From contig CBDCTZ010000016.1 in NCBI GenBank assembly GCA_965222375.1, forward strand, positions 1,600,001 to 1,664,000: 64,000 bases of DNA, read 5' to 3'. The first letter of the stretch is position 1, and each line of letters opens with the position of its first letter. Below the pieces are notes generated by a model. That model was not told where the DNA came from and did not search any database. It worked only from the letters and a program-made list of their open reading frames with translations. The stretch comes from Polyangiaceae bacterium (GTDB taxonomy: Bacteria > Myxococcota_A > Polyangia > Polyangiales > Polyangiaceae). The translations under genes and the position numbers were made by a program. This document shows positions 28,423 through 38,363 of this stretch, in pieces.

Positions 28423-29004
28423 TCAGGCACCGCCATCAACGATACGCTCTTCGAAGGGAACGAAGCGCGCGTACTCATCCAAGAAGCAAAGCGTAGACGG
28501 GTCGGCGCGATCGACGAAGAGCACGCCGTCCAAGTGGTCGCATTCATGTTGAAACACACTCGCCGCGGGCCCCTCCCAGGTTTGCTCCAGGGGGCGGCCA
28601 TGTCTATCCCGGGCCTGCACCCGCACTTTCCGCGGGCGACGAACTCGACCGCGAACCCCATGAACGCTGAGACAACCCTCGTACATCGTCACGGCGTCCT
28701 GCTCCGCTAAAGCCTCACCAGGCGTGCCCACGAGAGGAGTGAGCACCGGGTTGATCAGAACGACCAAGGGGATTTCGGGCAGTGCCGGGTAGCGGGGGTT
28801 CTCCGCGACTTCAATGATGGCCACGCGCACGGACTCGTGCACCTGAGGTGCCGCAATCCCGGCGCCGCTCGCGTCCCGCATGGTTTCCAGCATGTCGTCA
28901 ATCAGGCCTTGAATGGCCGGCGACGTAATCTGCTCCTGAGGAACCTCCTGCGCAGGCGTGCGCAGCACGGGGTGTCCAAGCTGTGCGATTTTCCGGATGG
29001 CCAT
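28423..29004 (-). CDS. def: Peptide deformylase
   Basis: GAGIAAPQ, EGCLS and QHECDHLDG motifs. Confidence 0.97.
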   Translation of the reverse strand: MAIRKIAQLGHPVLRTPAQEVPQEQITSPAIQGLIDDMLETMRDASGAGIAAPQVHESVRVAIIEVAENPRYPALPEIPLVVLINPVLTPLVGTPGEALAEQDAVTMYEGCLSVHGVRGRVRRPRKVRVQARDRHGRPLEQTWEGPAASVFQHECDHLDGVLFVDRADPSTLCFLDEYARFVPFEERIVDGGA

Positions 29005-29090
29005 CCGCCCATGCTAGCGCGATTATGGGTGTATTGTCGTAGATCCGCCCCCCCAACGGGAGCCGGCGGTCGAACAAGAAGGTATGCCCC

Positions 29091-30089
29091 ATGACACGCT
29101 CAACGATTCTCGGCGTCGGTAGCTACGTGCCAGAGAAGGTCGTCAGCAACGACGACCTCGCGAAAATGATGACCACCAGCGATGAGTGGATCCAACAGCG
29201 TAGCGGCATCAAGGAGCGGCGCTTCATCGAAGAGGACGGCATCGGCGCTAGCGACCTAGCTGTGCCCGCTTGCAAGGCTGCTTTCGATCACGCCCGGATC
29301 GAGAAAGATGAAATCGACGCCATCATTTTCGCGACGCTGTCGCCAGACTACAATTTTCCCGGCTCCGGCTGCCTGCTCGGTCACAAGCTGGGGTTGCCTG
29401 GCGTGCCAGCCTTGGACGTTCGCAATCAATGCTCCGGCTTCTTGTATGGGCTTTCTGTTGCGGACGCTTGGGTTCGTGCTGACATGTACAAGAACGTGCT
29501 CTTGGTGGGAGGTGAAGTTCACAGCACCGGCCTGGACTTCACAGATCGCGGGCGCGACGTTGCGGTCTTGTTTGGAGATGGGGCGGGGGCGGTCGTCGTC
29601 GGGGCTTCACGCGATGACGACCACGGCTTGCTGAGTATCTGTCTGCACGCGGACGGCGTTGGCGCAGAGCATCTATGGGTCGAGGCTCCCGCGTCGAAAT
29701 ACATCCCGCGGCTCACTCCTGAAATGTTGGAGGAGGCCCGCCATTACCCGAGGATGAAGGGCAAGCAGGTCTTTCGATGGGCGACGGACAAGATGCCGGA
29801 AGTTGCCAACGAAGCTCTGGAGAAAGCCGGCCTTGCGATCGGTGACGTGGACCTATTCGTGCCCCACCAGGCCAACATGCGGATCAACCAACTCGTGGGC
29901 TGGCGCCTCGAGCTGGACGAAGAGAAAGTGGTGCACAACATCGAGAAATTCGGGAACACCACCGCGGCCACCATTCCCATGGCCCTCGACAAGGCGTTCA
30001 AGGAGGGGCGGGTGAAAGAGGATACCGTCGTGCTGTATGCTGCCTTTGGTGCCGGCTACACCTGGGCCGGCGGTGTCATGAGGTTTTGA
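29091..30089 (+). CDS. fabH: 3-oxoacyl-ACP synthase III
   Basis: QCSGF catalytic Cys, FGDGAGA, PHQAN, GNT and FGAG. Confidence 0.95.
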   Translation: MTRSTILGVGSYVPEKVVSNDDLAKMMTTSDEWIQQRSGIKERRFIEEDGIGASDLAVPACKAAFDHARIEKDEIDAIIFATLSPDYNFPGSGCLLGHKLGLPGVPALDVRNQCSGFLYGLSVADAWVRADMYKNVLLVGGEVHSTGLDFTDRGRDVAVLFGDGAGAVVVGASRDDDHGLLSICLHADGVGAEHLWVEAPASKYIPRLTPEMLEEARHYPRMKGKQVFRWATDKMPEVANEALEKAGLAIGDVDLFVPHQANMRINQLVGWRLELDEEKVVHNIEKFGNTTAATIPMALDKAFKEGRVKEDTVVLYAAFGAGYTWAGGVMRF

Positions 30090-30721
30090 GCGTGAGTCCA
30101 GAAAGACTGAAGGCCGGAAGTGAACGGCTGTGGCAGTTGATCGCCGCACGCTCAGAAAAGCATGCCGACACCGCTGCTATCGACAAGAAGATCTGGGATC
30201 TATTTGGTCAACGTTGGGCCGTGATGTTCACAGACCTGTCTGGGTTTTCTCGCAGCGTGGACGAGTTTGGCATTCTGCACTTCCTGCAGACCATCTACGA
30301 GCACAAGCAGCTTCTCTACCCCGTCATAGATGCACACGGCGGTGTGTTGGTGAAGGAAGAGGGTGATAGTCTCCTGCTGCTGTTCCGCGGAGTGGACTCG
30401 GCGCTGCGATGTGCCCAGGAGATGATTAGTCATTGCGATCGAGTCAACGCTCGGCGCAAGCCCGAGGAGCACATACTGCTCTGTGTAGGCATTGGTTACG
30501 GAGATATCCTTCGGGTCGCGGATGAAGATGTCTGGGGCCAGGAGGTCAATGCGGCGAGCAAGCTCGGCGAGGACCGCGCCGGACCGCGGGAGATCTTGCT
30601 GACGGCTGCGGCGCGGGCGGCATTGGGGGACGCGGCGCCAGCTGAAGTTTCGGAACTGGCCGAGAGCGTGGCTGGAACTCCCCGGAGTTTTCGCGTTCCG
30701 CCCTTGGCTGACGAGACATGA
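30086..30721 (+). CDS. Stand-alone class III adenylate/guanylate cyclase
   Basis: FTDLSGFS, KEEGDS, GIGYG and DVWGQEVNAASKL. Confidence 0.9.
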   Translation: MSVSPERLKAGSERLWQLIAARSEKHADTAAIDKKIWDLFGQRWAVMFTDLSGFSRSVDEFGILHFLQTIYEHKQLLYPVIDAHGGVLVKEEGDSLLLLFRGVDSALRCAQEMISHCDRVNARRKPEEHILLCVGIGYGDILRVADEDVWGQEVNAASKLGEDRAGPREILLTAAARAALGDAAPAEVSELAESVAGTPRSFRVPPLADET

Positions 30722-31809
30722 AGACGCGCCGGCTCGCCGCGGTCGCCGCCTTGGCGCTTCTGAGTTGCACCACCGTGCTGGGGATCGACGGCGACTATGA
30801 CGACCAGGCGGATGCGGGGGTCGGCGGGTCCGGCGCAACCGGCGCTGTAGGCGGCTCGGGAGCTGCTGCAGGCGCGGCTGGCAGCGGCGGGATCTTCACG
30901 GGGACCGAGATCTGCGACAACGGCGTCGATGACGACGACAACGGCAAGACGGACTGTGAGGACCCTCAGTGCGCTGGCGCGGGATACCGCTGTGTGGACC
31001 CCGCGCCTGCCGGTTTCGTCGGGCCTATCGACTGGTACGCGGACCAGAAGTGCGCGCCGCCTTTCGCGACGGAGCATGCCAAGGGCGGCATCCAGGTCAC
31101 GGTTCCACCCGGGGGCACTTGCCCGACTTGCGCTTGCGGCTCTGCGACCGGCGAGCGTTGCGGCGTTGACGCGAACCTCTACGATCAGCTCGGCTGTGGT
31201 GGAAAGAGCATGGCCTTCGTGTTCGTGGGCAGTGGGACTTGCGTCAACACCGGCGAGCAGTTGTTCGGGCCAAAATCCGTCAAGCTCACGGGTACGGCGC
31301 GCGTAGTGCAAGGGAGCTGTGCGTCGAATTCCGCGGGCCAGAAGGCTTTTGAAAACCCGAGCTTCACCAACGATGTGCGCGCCTGCCGCGCGCAGCCTGG
31401 TGGCGGGTGCGCTGGCGGTCAGATCTGCGCGCCGCCCAATGGAGAGAACTCCACTTGCATCGCCCAAGACGGAGATGTGGCTTGCCCTAGCGGCTTTTCC
31501 AAGCGCCTGCTCTATCGCGGATGGCAAGACAGCCGGGATTGCACCGCCTGTGCGTGCGACCCGCCCACCGGCACCTGTCCCAGCAGCGCCGTGCCGTCTC
31601 TCTTCGACTCCGCCACGAGCTGCACCCAAGGTGAAATCGTGCTCAGCAGTAATTGCAGCAGTATCCCGCTGCACTCCAGCGGCACCTTTGCCTCCCGCAT
31701 GACGCTGCATACGGCCACTAATGTGACCTGCAAGGCCACCGGGGGCGCCATCACCGGGACCGTGACACCCAACGATCCGGTCACGGTGTGCTGTCGCCCA
31801 GCGACGTAG
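30718..31809 (+). CDS. Cys-rich lipoprotein
   Basis: LLS-C lipobox, EICDNGVDDDDNG motif, ends TVCC. Confidence 0.8.
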   Translation: MKTRRLAAVAALALLSCTTVLGIDGDYDDQADAGVGGSGATGAVGGSGAAAGAAGSGGIFTGTEICDNGVDDDDNGKTDCEDPQCAGAGYRCVDPAPAGFVGPIDWYADQKCAPPFATEHAKGGIQVTVPPGGTCPTCACGSATGERCGVDANLYDQLGCGGKSMAFVFVGSGTCVNTGEQLFGPKSVKLTGTARVVQGSCASNSAGQKAFENPSFTNDVRACRAQPGGGCAGGQICAPPNGENSTCIAQDGDVACPSGFSKRLLYRGWQDSRDCTACACDPPTGTCPSSAVPSLFDSATSCTQGEIVLSSNCSSIPLHSSGTFASRMTLHTATNVTCKATGGAITGTVTPNDPVTVCCRPAT

Positions 31810-31848
31810 CCACGCCTGCCAATCGCGCACAGGCTTCGCGGGCCTGCG

Positions 31849-31898
31849 CGAGATTAGGGCACCAGGGCGCACCCGCGCCACGATCCCCAAATACCCAA
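31849..31898 (-). repeat. Dispersed intergenic repeat, copy F (divergent)
   Basis: Minus strand TTGGGTATTTGGGGATCG..GCGCCCTGGTGCCCTAATCTCG, 4 bp after the Uma2 stop. Confidence 0.55.
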
Positions 31899-31902
31899 GG
31901 CC

Positions 31903-32469
31903 TCAGTCTTGCGGAATGACGACGCTGACTGGAACCTCGACTTCCGGAAACGCTTCCGGCCGGGCGACGTCACCACCGCGCAGCACGCTGCATGATTGGT
32001 AGGCGCCGTCAGCAGGCTGTCTATGCACCTCGATTACGCGATCCGTCAGATTGACGATCCAGTACTCGGGCACCCCGATCTCTGCGTACAAGCGAGCCTT
32101 CACTCCGCGGTCCTTTGTCAGCGAACTATGAGCCACCTCGATGACCAGGAGCGGGTGCGCAGGGTGGTCCGAGGCGTCTCCACCCAGGGGCGCGACCGCG
32201 ACATCGGGCTCCGGCTCCGACTCGTCGGACGCGGCAATCGGCATCTGAATCCTCACCCGCGCGCGCCCAACGAGCTTGGGCACGAAAAGCTCGTTGAGGC
32301 GCTCGATGGCCGAGCAGTGCGGCCCGCCGCTCGGGCTCATGGGGACCAAGACCCCGTATAGCAACTCGACTTTTTCGTCCTCGAAGGCGCCGAGCTCGCC
32401 GAGCTTGTTGTACTCGGACCGCTTGAGCGGCCGATAGCGTTGTCCCTGCAGCGCTTCCAAGTTGAACAC
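31903..32469 (-). CDS. Uma2 family endonuclease (DUF820)
   Basis: VELLYG, EPEPDVAV, LVIEVA and KARLYA..GVPEYWIV. GTG start after GGAGG. Confidence 0.93.
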   Translation of the reverse strand: MFNLEALQGQRYRPLKRSEYNKLGELGAFEDEKVELLYGVLVPMSPSGGPHCSAIERLNELFVPKLVGRARVRIQMPIAASDESEPEPDVAVAPLGGDASDHPAHPLLVIEVAHSSLTKDRGVKARLYAEIGVPEYWIVNLTDRVIEVHRQPADGAYQSCSVLRGGDVARPEAFPEVEVPVSVVIPQD

Positions 32470-32540
32470 CTCCTCCAGGTTAGCACAGCAGCCCATGTCG
32501 GCCGCCGGCGCAGCGAGTTGCGCGCTTTGAACCGCCGCGG

Positions 32541-33197
32541 TTATCCAGTGCCATGAAAGGCGTCGTCGTGGACGCCCTCCACTTTTCGCCAAAACGGGTA
32601 GTGCTCGCGGAACGCCGCCAGCATCTGCTCGAAGGGGAAGTCGGCGTGGGTGCCTCGGTCGACGACGTACTCCTTGTATTGCTGGCCGCTGCCATCGAAG
32701 GCGTGCAGCAGCGCGTCGCTCTGTCCGTCGAACTCTAGGGGTGCGACACCCAAACGCTTGCACAGTGTGGCGTTGAAGGCGGGCGTCGCTTTGAACCACT
32801 GCCCATTTACGAACATCTCGGTGTAGCCATGGAAGACGAAGAGGTCCGTCTGCATCAGTTCGCGCAGCTTGGGCGATGAGAGGTGGTTCTTCACGTCGGC
32901 GAAGCCAATGCGTGCTGGAATGTTGGCGGCGCGGACCAATGCGGTGAGCAAGATCGCCTTGGGAACGCAGAACCCACGGTCTTTTTTCGTCCTGTACTGC
33001 TCGGGATCCAAGACGACGGAGTAGGGATCGTAGCGCCAGCGATCTCGAACGCTTCGGAACAACTTGCGGGCCTTTTCTGGGTCCGTGTCCGCGTCGCCCA
33101 CGGATTCGGCGACCAGCTCCCGAATGACGTCGGATTCGGAATCGATGAAGTGGGTTGCTGCTGTGTAATGCGCGGGATCGTCGTCAGTTGGATTCAT
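32541..33197 (-). CDS. Transglutaminase-like protein
   Basis: VRD..RYDPY, GFCVPKA, ADVKNH, HGY.E and KATPAFN. Confidence 0.9.
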   Translation of the reverse strand: MNPTDDDPAHYTAATHFIDSESDVIRELVAESVGDADTDPEKARKLFRSVRDRWRYDPYSVVLDPEQYRTKKDRGFCVPKAILLTALVRAANIPARIGFADVKNHLSSPKLRELMQTDLFVFHGYTEMFVNGQWFKATPAFNATLCKRLGVAPLEFDGQSDALLHAFDGSGQQYKEYVVDRGTHADFPFEQMLAAFREHYPFWRKVEGVHDDAFHGTG

Positions 33198-35194
33198 CGC
33201 CACCGCTTGCGCCGCAGGACGAGCAGGACGCTCGCCGCGAGCAGCCACCAACTAGCATTTCCGCCGCGGCTTTCCACGCGGCAACCGCAGCCCCCGTCGT
33301 CGCCGCTTGGCGGTGGGTTCGCGCCCATGCCCCCGGTGCCTGGAGCGCCCGCGCCTCCGCCGGCGCCCCCGGTGGCCGTTGCACCATCGCCCTTGAGGAT
33401 CGTGAATTCGTCCAACATGTTGCCACCCTCGTCGATGTACTTGGCGTCGAGGCGCTTGCCACTCAAGTCGAGCACCATCGAACCAGGCGACATCAGTCCG
33501 CGCTTGGTCTGTTGGGTGGTCGGGTTGGTCAGCTCCACCATCATGGGGTGATCCAGCGGATAGTCTCCCCATTCGCCCCGGGCGCCCGAGTTGCCGTTGA
33601 CGACATAGACGGTGCCCTGCCCGGGACCAGGCGTTTCCGGTTTCTGGTAGGCGCCGTCAGACCCCTCTCGGCCATCGCCTGGGTCCACGGCATATTTGGG
33701 ATCCCAGTTGATCGACTCTGCGTAGAAGCCGTCTACGAGCACACTGCGTTCGTAGTTGTGGCTGTGCCCGGCCAAGACCAAGTCGACCCCGGCCGCCTCG
33801 AGTTCGGGGTTGATGATGTCTCGCACGAAGTCCAAGTCGCCCTCTTTGTCCGAATCGTGGGAACCCTTGGTGTGGGGTGGCTTGTGGAAGAAGGCGATGC
33901 GCCACAACGCATTGGTGGTCGCGAGATCCTGCTTGAGCCAGTCGAGCATCTCCGCTGGGGGGTCATCCGTGTGCAAGCAAATGAAGTGCGCATTGCCCCA
34001 GTCGAAGGAGTAGTAGCGCTCCGTGTTCGAGGGCACGCCGCCCGCTTCGGCCTTGGTTGGCAGCGTGAATATGTCGAAGTAGGGAACCTGGTTGCCGGTC
34101 TGCCAATCGTGGTTCCCAATCGTCGGGTACAGCACGGAGGAGCGCAGCAGAGCTTCGTACATGTCCTCGAAAATTGCGAACTGATGCTGGTGGTCCGTGC
34201 CCCCGCCGTAGGCGTTGTCACCCAGCATCAACCACAGGTCCGTATCGCCGCCCGAATTGAACTTGTAGTAACCATCGCGAACTGCACGCTGGCGCGAATG
34301 CTTGGTGCCAGAGTCGCCGAGTACCCAGATTCGCGCACTGATCGCAGAGCCGGGGGCCGGCGCGGTGACGAAGGAGTGTTCCTCGTCCCCGCCGGCAAGA
34401 GGCGCGGCCTTCGAGCCGACGGAGTAGAAGTAGCGTGTGCCGGGCGAAAGCTGGTCCAGCTCGACTTCGTGGGATGTGCCGGAGGCCGCGGAGGCGGCAG
34501 TTTGGTCGAGCGCATCCTTGGAAGTGCCGAAGCGGACCTGTCCGTCGCCCGCTACGGATGTACGCCAGCGGATGGTGACGCGATCGTGGGCGCCGGATTG
34601 CAGGAAGGGTCCTCGCGTGACGTGCGGTTCCGTGCTGGTGAAGAGTGCTTCGGCACTCCACACCAGCAGATCCGATGTCGGCCCAGCCATGTGCACTTCA
34701 GCAGCGAACACATTCTCTCCGCTGAGCAATACAGAAGCCGGAGTGGGCACTTGGAAAGCTTCGTAGCTGTTCGGGATGTGGTGCGCCGCCGGAGTCGCGT
34801 AGGTCTGGCCAGGGGGAAGGCCCGCCCGCGCTACCTCCGTTCCGTTCAGGTACAGAACGAACCCGTGAGCGTAGCCCAGGTTCAGGGTCAGACCATCCAC
34901 TGACGTCAAGCTCGTGTCCAAGCTGAACGACTTGCGGAAGTAGACCGTTCTTACTTCAGGCAGATCTGTGCGCGCACCGATGTTGTATTTGTTGGTTCCG
35001 ATCCCCAGCGGGCTTTCGCCTGTGGCCCAGCTCTGGTCGTCGAAGCTTGTGGCTCGCCAGGCCGTGCCCAGGTCTTTGCCCGTCGCGTCGTAGCGCCACT
35101 CGTCGAACTGGCGAACATAGGCGGTGTGGGCCTCGGCTCTCGCCGGGACTAGGAGCAGGCCGAGCAGGGCGAGTTGAGCTAGACGCGGTGCCAT
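33194..35194 (-). CDS. Secreted purple acid phosphatase/metallophosphoesterase with MYXO-CTERM tail
   Basis: GDSG, GDNAY, GNHD and GHSH motifs. C-terminal GGCGC + TM + RRKRWR. Confidence 0.9.
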   Translation of the reverse strand: MAPRLAQLALLGLLLVPARAEAHTAYVRQFDEWRYDATGKDLGTAWRATSFDDQSWATGESPLGIGTNKYNIGARTDLPEVRTVYFRKSFSLDTSLTSVDGLTLNLGYAHGFVLYLNGTEVARAGLPPGQTYATPAAHHIPNSYEAFQVPTPASVLLSGENVFAAEVHMAGPTSDLLVWSAEALFTSTEPHVTRGPFLQSGAHDRVTIRWRTSVAGDGQVRFGTSKDALDQTAASAASGTSHEVELDQLSPGTRYFYSVGSKAAPLAGGDEEHSFVTAPAPGSAISARIWVLGDSGTKHSRQRAVRDGYYKFNSGGDTDLWLMLGDNAYGGGTDHQHQFAIFEDMYEALLRSSVLYPTIGNHDWQTGNQVPYFDIFTLPTKAEAGGVPSNTERYYSFDWGNAHFICLHTDDPPAEMLDWLKQDLATTNALWRIAFFHKPPHTKGSHDSDKEGDLDFVRDIINPELEAAGVDLVLAGHSHNYERSVLVDGFYAESINWDPKYAVDPGDGREGSDGAYQKPETPGPGQGTVYVVNGNSGARGEWGDYPLDHPMMVELTNPTTQQTKRGLMSPGSMVLDLSGKRLDAKYIDEGGNMLDEFTILKGDGATATGGAGGGAGAPGTGGMGANPPPSGDDGGCGCRVESRGGNASWWLLAASVLLVLRRKRWR

Positions 35195-35231
35195 CCGTGG
35201 TCCGTTGCGGGAAAACGGGCCAGAGTTCAAC

Positions 35232-36770
35232 TCAGGGGGTTTGACGTGCAGCCAGGGTGTTTTGCACGACGCTCTCCACGACATCCGCCAGCATTTGGCG
35301 GTCGGCATCCGTGACATTGGCGATGCGCGGCAGGTGCACGAATCCGCCGTGCACACCCGTGCCGCTTGCCTCGGTCATGATGCGATAAAAGATGTTGTTG
35401 CAGATGTAGCGGCCCGGATCGTCGCTCAGGCCCGAGGCGATGCCACGGTTTTGTAGGTCGGTCAGAATCGCATCCAAGGGCAGGCCACTGCTCAGCTCTG
35501 CGCTTCCATCAGAAACGATGGTCTCGCCTCCGGCGATGATGCCGCGATTGTCCGGGACGCCCCCGGCGAGAGCAGAGGAGTCCTTCTTGTTGTACGCGGT
35601 GGTTTCGAGATCTACTTCCGAGCGCCCCTGGCCAAAGCCGACCACGATGTCGGGACTGCAACGCGCTATTGCACTCTGGACCATGCCGGCTGCGGTATCG
35701 AACTCCACGGGCAGGATCATCTTCATCACGCTGATGCCTGCAACATCGGTTGCATCGAAACCCAGCACCGCTTGTTCGGAGCTGTTGTCCCGAGTGGAGT
35801 CTGCCGGGAAGGGTTCAAAGCCCGTCAAGAGCACGCGGGTCGTGTCCGGACTGAAGCTACAAGGCGCTTCCTCCGCATGGCGAGTCAGGCGGCTGGTAGC
35901 GCGCGTCCAAGAGCCCGTGACGAGGCTGACCCGCAGGCGCGTCTCCGCGCTGCATCCGGTGAGGAGGTCTGCCGCGGGAACGCTGACCGTGCTGCGAAAC
36001 TCGGTGTCCTCCTGCGTGGCCGTACCTGCGGTGACGAGGCCAGTGAGGGTGTCGGTCAAATCCACTTCATCGCACTTCAGTTCGAAGCCGAAACCGTTTG
36101 GCGGATCGTGTGCTTCGAGGGAAAGCGTTGCGGCGGCGTCGATGACTCCGGATGGCGGCGCCAAAATCAATTGTCGCGCGGAGCGGAAGAGTTCGAGGTA
36201 GTCCAGCCGCACTCGCGCATTGCCGAGCCACTCGACGTTGACGTTCACTGCGCCATCCGTGGACTGGGAAAACACCAAGCTCAGATTCTGGTAGCTGAGG
36301 GGTTCGACGAAGTCCTTCCACAACACATCCCGCTCTCCGAGCAGGGTTCCGCTAGCTGACGTCGCGCTCAGCCGAAGCACCGCATCGTCGCAAGTGCTGC
36401 CTTCGCATGCTTTTGTGGCGAGTGCGCGGGCGTTGAGGGTGAAGCGGCCCTTCCCGATGCTCTTACTGTCGGCATTGCAGGCGGTGCCGGGTGCGTCGTA
36501 GGTGGGGTGAAAGCCCCGCCCCTCGGCTTCGCGGATCCCCGTCGTGGGGTTGCAAGCGCTCTCCGCCTCCCATACCTCGGCGTCCAAGGGGTGGCCGGTT
36601 CCGTCGAACTTGCCGTCGAAGAAGTCCGCGTACAGGCCGTCCGGGAGGGAGTCCTTGGACTGCTTGGCGCTGGGCGCCGCTCCCCGGCTGTCCGCGTCGT
36701 CACTGGAACCGCAGCCTAGCGCGAGCAGCAGCGGCGCAAGCAATGCAGCTCGATATTGCAGCAACTTCAT
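35232..36770 (-). CDS. Lipoprotein with C-terminal pyroglutamyl-peptidase I (C15) domain
   Basis: LALG-C lipobox; LLTGFEPF, VDLE, GRYICN and GFVHLP (Glu/Cys/His triad). Confidence 0.88.
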   Translation of the reverse strand: MKLLQYRAALLAPLLLALGCGSSDDADSRGAAPSAKQSKDSLPDGLYADFFDGKFDGTGHPLDAEVWEAESACNPTTGIREAEGRGFHPTYDAPGTACNADSKSIGKGRFTLNARALATKACEGSTCDDAVLRLSATSASGTLLGERDVLWKDFVEPLSYQNLSLVFSQSTDGAVNVNVEWLGNARVRLDYLELFRSARQLILAPPSGVIDAAATLSLEAHDPPNGFGFELKCDEVDLTDTLTGLVTAGTATQEDTEFRSTVSVPAADLLTGCSAETRLRVSLVTGSWTRATSRLTRHAEEAPCSFSPDTTRVLLTGFEPFPADSTRDNSSEQAVLGFDATDVAGISVMKMILPVEFDTAAGMVQSAIARCSPDIVVGFGQGRSEVDLETTAYNKKDSSALAGGVPDNRGIIAGGETIVSDGSAELSSGLPLDAILTDLQNRGIASGLSDDPGRYICNNIFYRIMTEASGTGVHGGFVHLPRIANVTDADRQMLADVVESVVQNTLAARQTP

Positions 36771-36789
36771 TCTAGTTCCGCCGTCCATA

Positions 36790-37534
36790 TTCGGTCCACC
36801 CGAGTTAAAGCTTCCCCCGTCCGGCTCTCCGCAGCCGGGAGGGACAATGAGCCCGCCCGCGCCGTTTTTCAAGTCGACGCCGTCGCTGCAGAAGTTCTTC
36901 GGCCCTTTGGCGTAGAACAGGTCATAGAACTCACGGAATACTCCGGCTCGAAGCAGCTGGCTCGCAAGGTGGCGCCCCATGCGGCCGCGGCCCATTTCGT
37001 CAGCAACTTGGGGTCCGGAGCGAGAACTACGCGCCGCTTGGCGGCGTTGCTTGCACAAAGTGGGTCCGGCGGCAGCGCGTTGACCCAGGCCTCTGCTTCG
37101 GCGACCTCTGTGGAGCAGCCAGCGGTGCAGTTGTAGAGGACGACCACGGCGCCGTGCTCCATGGCGTGTATGAGGTAGCCGCGGGGAACGGGCACGGAAT
37201 ACGTCTCGTATGCGGCCCAGTTCCCGTAGTGGGGGCCTGAGGACGGTGGGTTTGTCGCAAAAGTCAGTACCGAGCACTCGTCCACGTGGGGCGACGGATC
37301 TGTTGGGTGGTGCTGGCGAATCGCGTTGCATTGGCTACCCGGCACCTTGATGGCGTCGTAGTTCACGTCAGCGGGGCCATCGATGACGCCGACCTCGATG
37401 GCCGCATCTCCCGCACTGCCGCCGGTCCCGGGGCTGAGCTTGCTGCCGTCCTCGTCGCCGCTACTGCACGCGGCAATTGCGCTGAAGGCGGCGACCAAGG
37501 CTGCGCCAAATCCGACTTTCCTCACCAGAGTCAT
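36790..37534 (-). pseudogene. DUF3105 lipoprotein, apparently frameshifted near 36940 (pseudogene or sequencing error)
   Basis: NPPSSGPH, HAMEHG and AAWG. The expected ending (FREFYDLFYAKGP..C) lies in a different frame. The 3' end is approximate. Confidence 0.65.
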
Positions 37535-37570
37535 GGTAGCAGGCGCTCAAGCGCCTTCGCTACCTCGACC

Positions 37571-38359
37571 ATGCCTCGCATCTTGAGTCTCGCACACCAA
37601 CGCCCGCTACTGCCTGGAACGCTACTCGGGCGGCGCAAGCGATTTCTCGCCGACGTACAGCTTGCGGACGGGTCGCGCGTCGTCGCCCACTGCGTGAACC
37701 CGGGACGCATGGAGGGCATGGTGATCCCGGGGGCACCGGTGTTCGTCAGTCGCGCGCCACCCGGTACCAAGCGTAAGCTCGCCTACACGCTGGAACTAGT
37801 GCGTGTGGGGCGCAGCCTGATTGGGGCCAACACGGTCGAGGCGAACCGCATCGTCGAGGCTCTGCTGACTCAACGCCTGCTTTCGGGATTTCGACGCTAT
37901 GACGAGTTGCGTCGGGAGTACCGCTACGGAGAGCGGTCCCGTGCGGACTTCTGGGTGCGACGGGGCAAGCGACAGACTTTCGTCGAGGTAAAAAACTGCC
38001 ACCTGGTCTATGCCGACAAGCGAGGGTACTTTCCCGACTCGGTCAGCGACCGTGCCACGCGTCATCTCGAGGAACTGGTGGACGTGGTGCGCGCCGGCCA
38101 CGGCGCACTGGTTCTGTTCCTCGTGCAACATGCGACTGCACGAGCCGTGAGACCCTCAGATGTGCACGACCCGACTTTTGCGCAGGCGGCACGCGCGGCC
38201 AAGTGTGCCGGTGTGCAATTCCGGGGACTGCGGGTGCGCCCAACCGCTCGAGCCTACCTTGTCGAGGACACGATTCCCGTGGACCTCGCTCCGTACGCAA
38301 CCGAGCGCATACAGCGGTTTCGCCAGGACAACGAGCCCTGGTCTGGCTCCGAGTGGTAA
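37571..38359 (+). CDS. sfsA: SfsA family DNA/RNA nuclease
   Basis: RFLADV, HCVNPGRM, SRADF, VEVK and FPDSVSDRA.RHL. Confidence 0.93.
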   Translation: MPRILSLAHQRPLLPGTLLGRRKRFLADVQLADGSRVVAHCVNPGRMEGMVIPGAPVFVSRAPPGTKRKLAYTLELVRVGRSLIGANTVEANRIVEALLTQRLLSGFRRYDELRREYRYGERSRADFWVRRGKRQTFVEVKNCHLVYADKRGYFPDSVSDRATRHLEELVDVVRAGHGALVLFLVQHATARAVRPSDVHDPTFAQAARAAKCAGVQFRGLRVRPTARAYLVEDTIPVDLAPYATERIQRFRQDNEPWSGSEW

Positions 38360-38363
38360 CGTT

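Noticed and set aside
31903..32469. Uma2 as a mobile-element or defence marker
   Set aside because: Uma2 genes are common and scattered in such genomes, and there are no supporting neighbours.
33155..34903. Long antisense ORFs (582 aa here; also 30496-31890 and others)
   Set aside because: Shadow frames of well-supported genes, typical of high-GC DNA.
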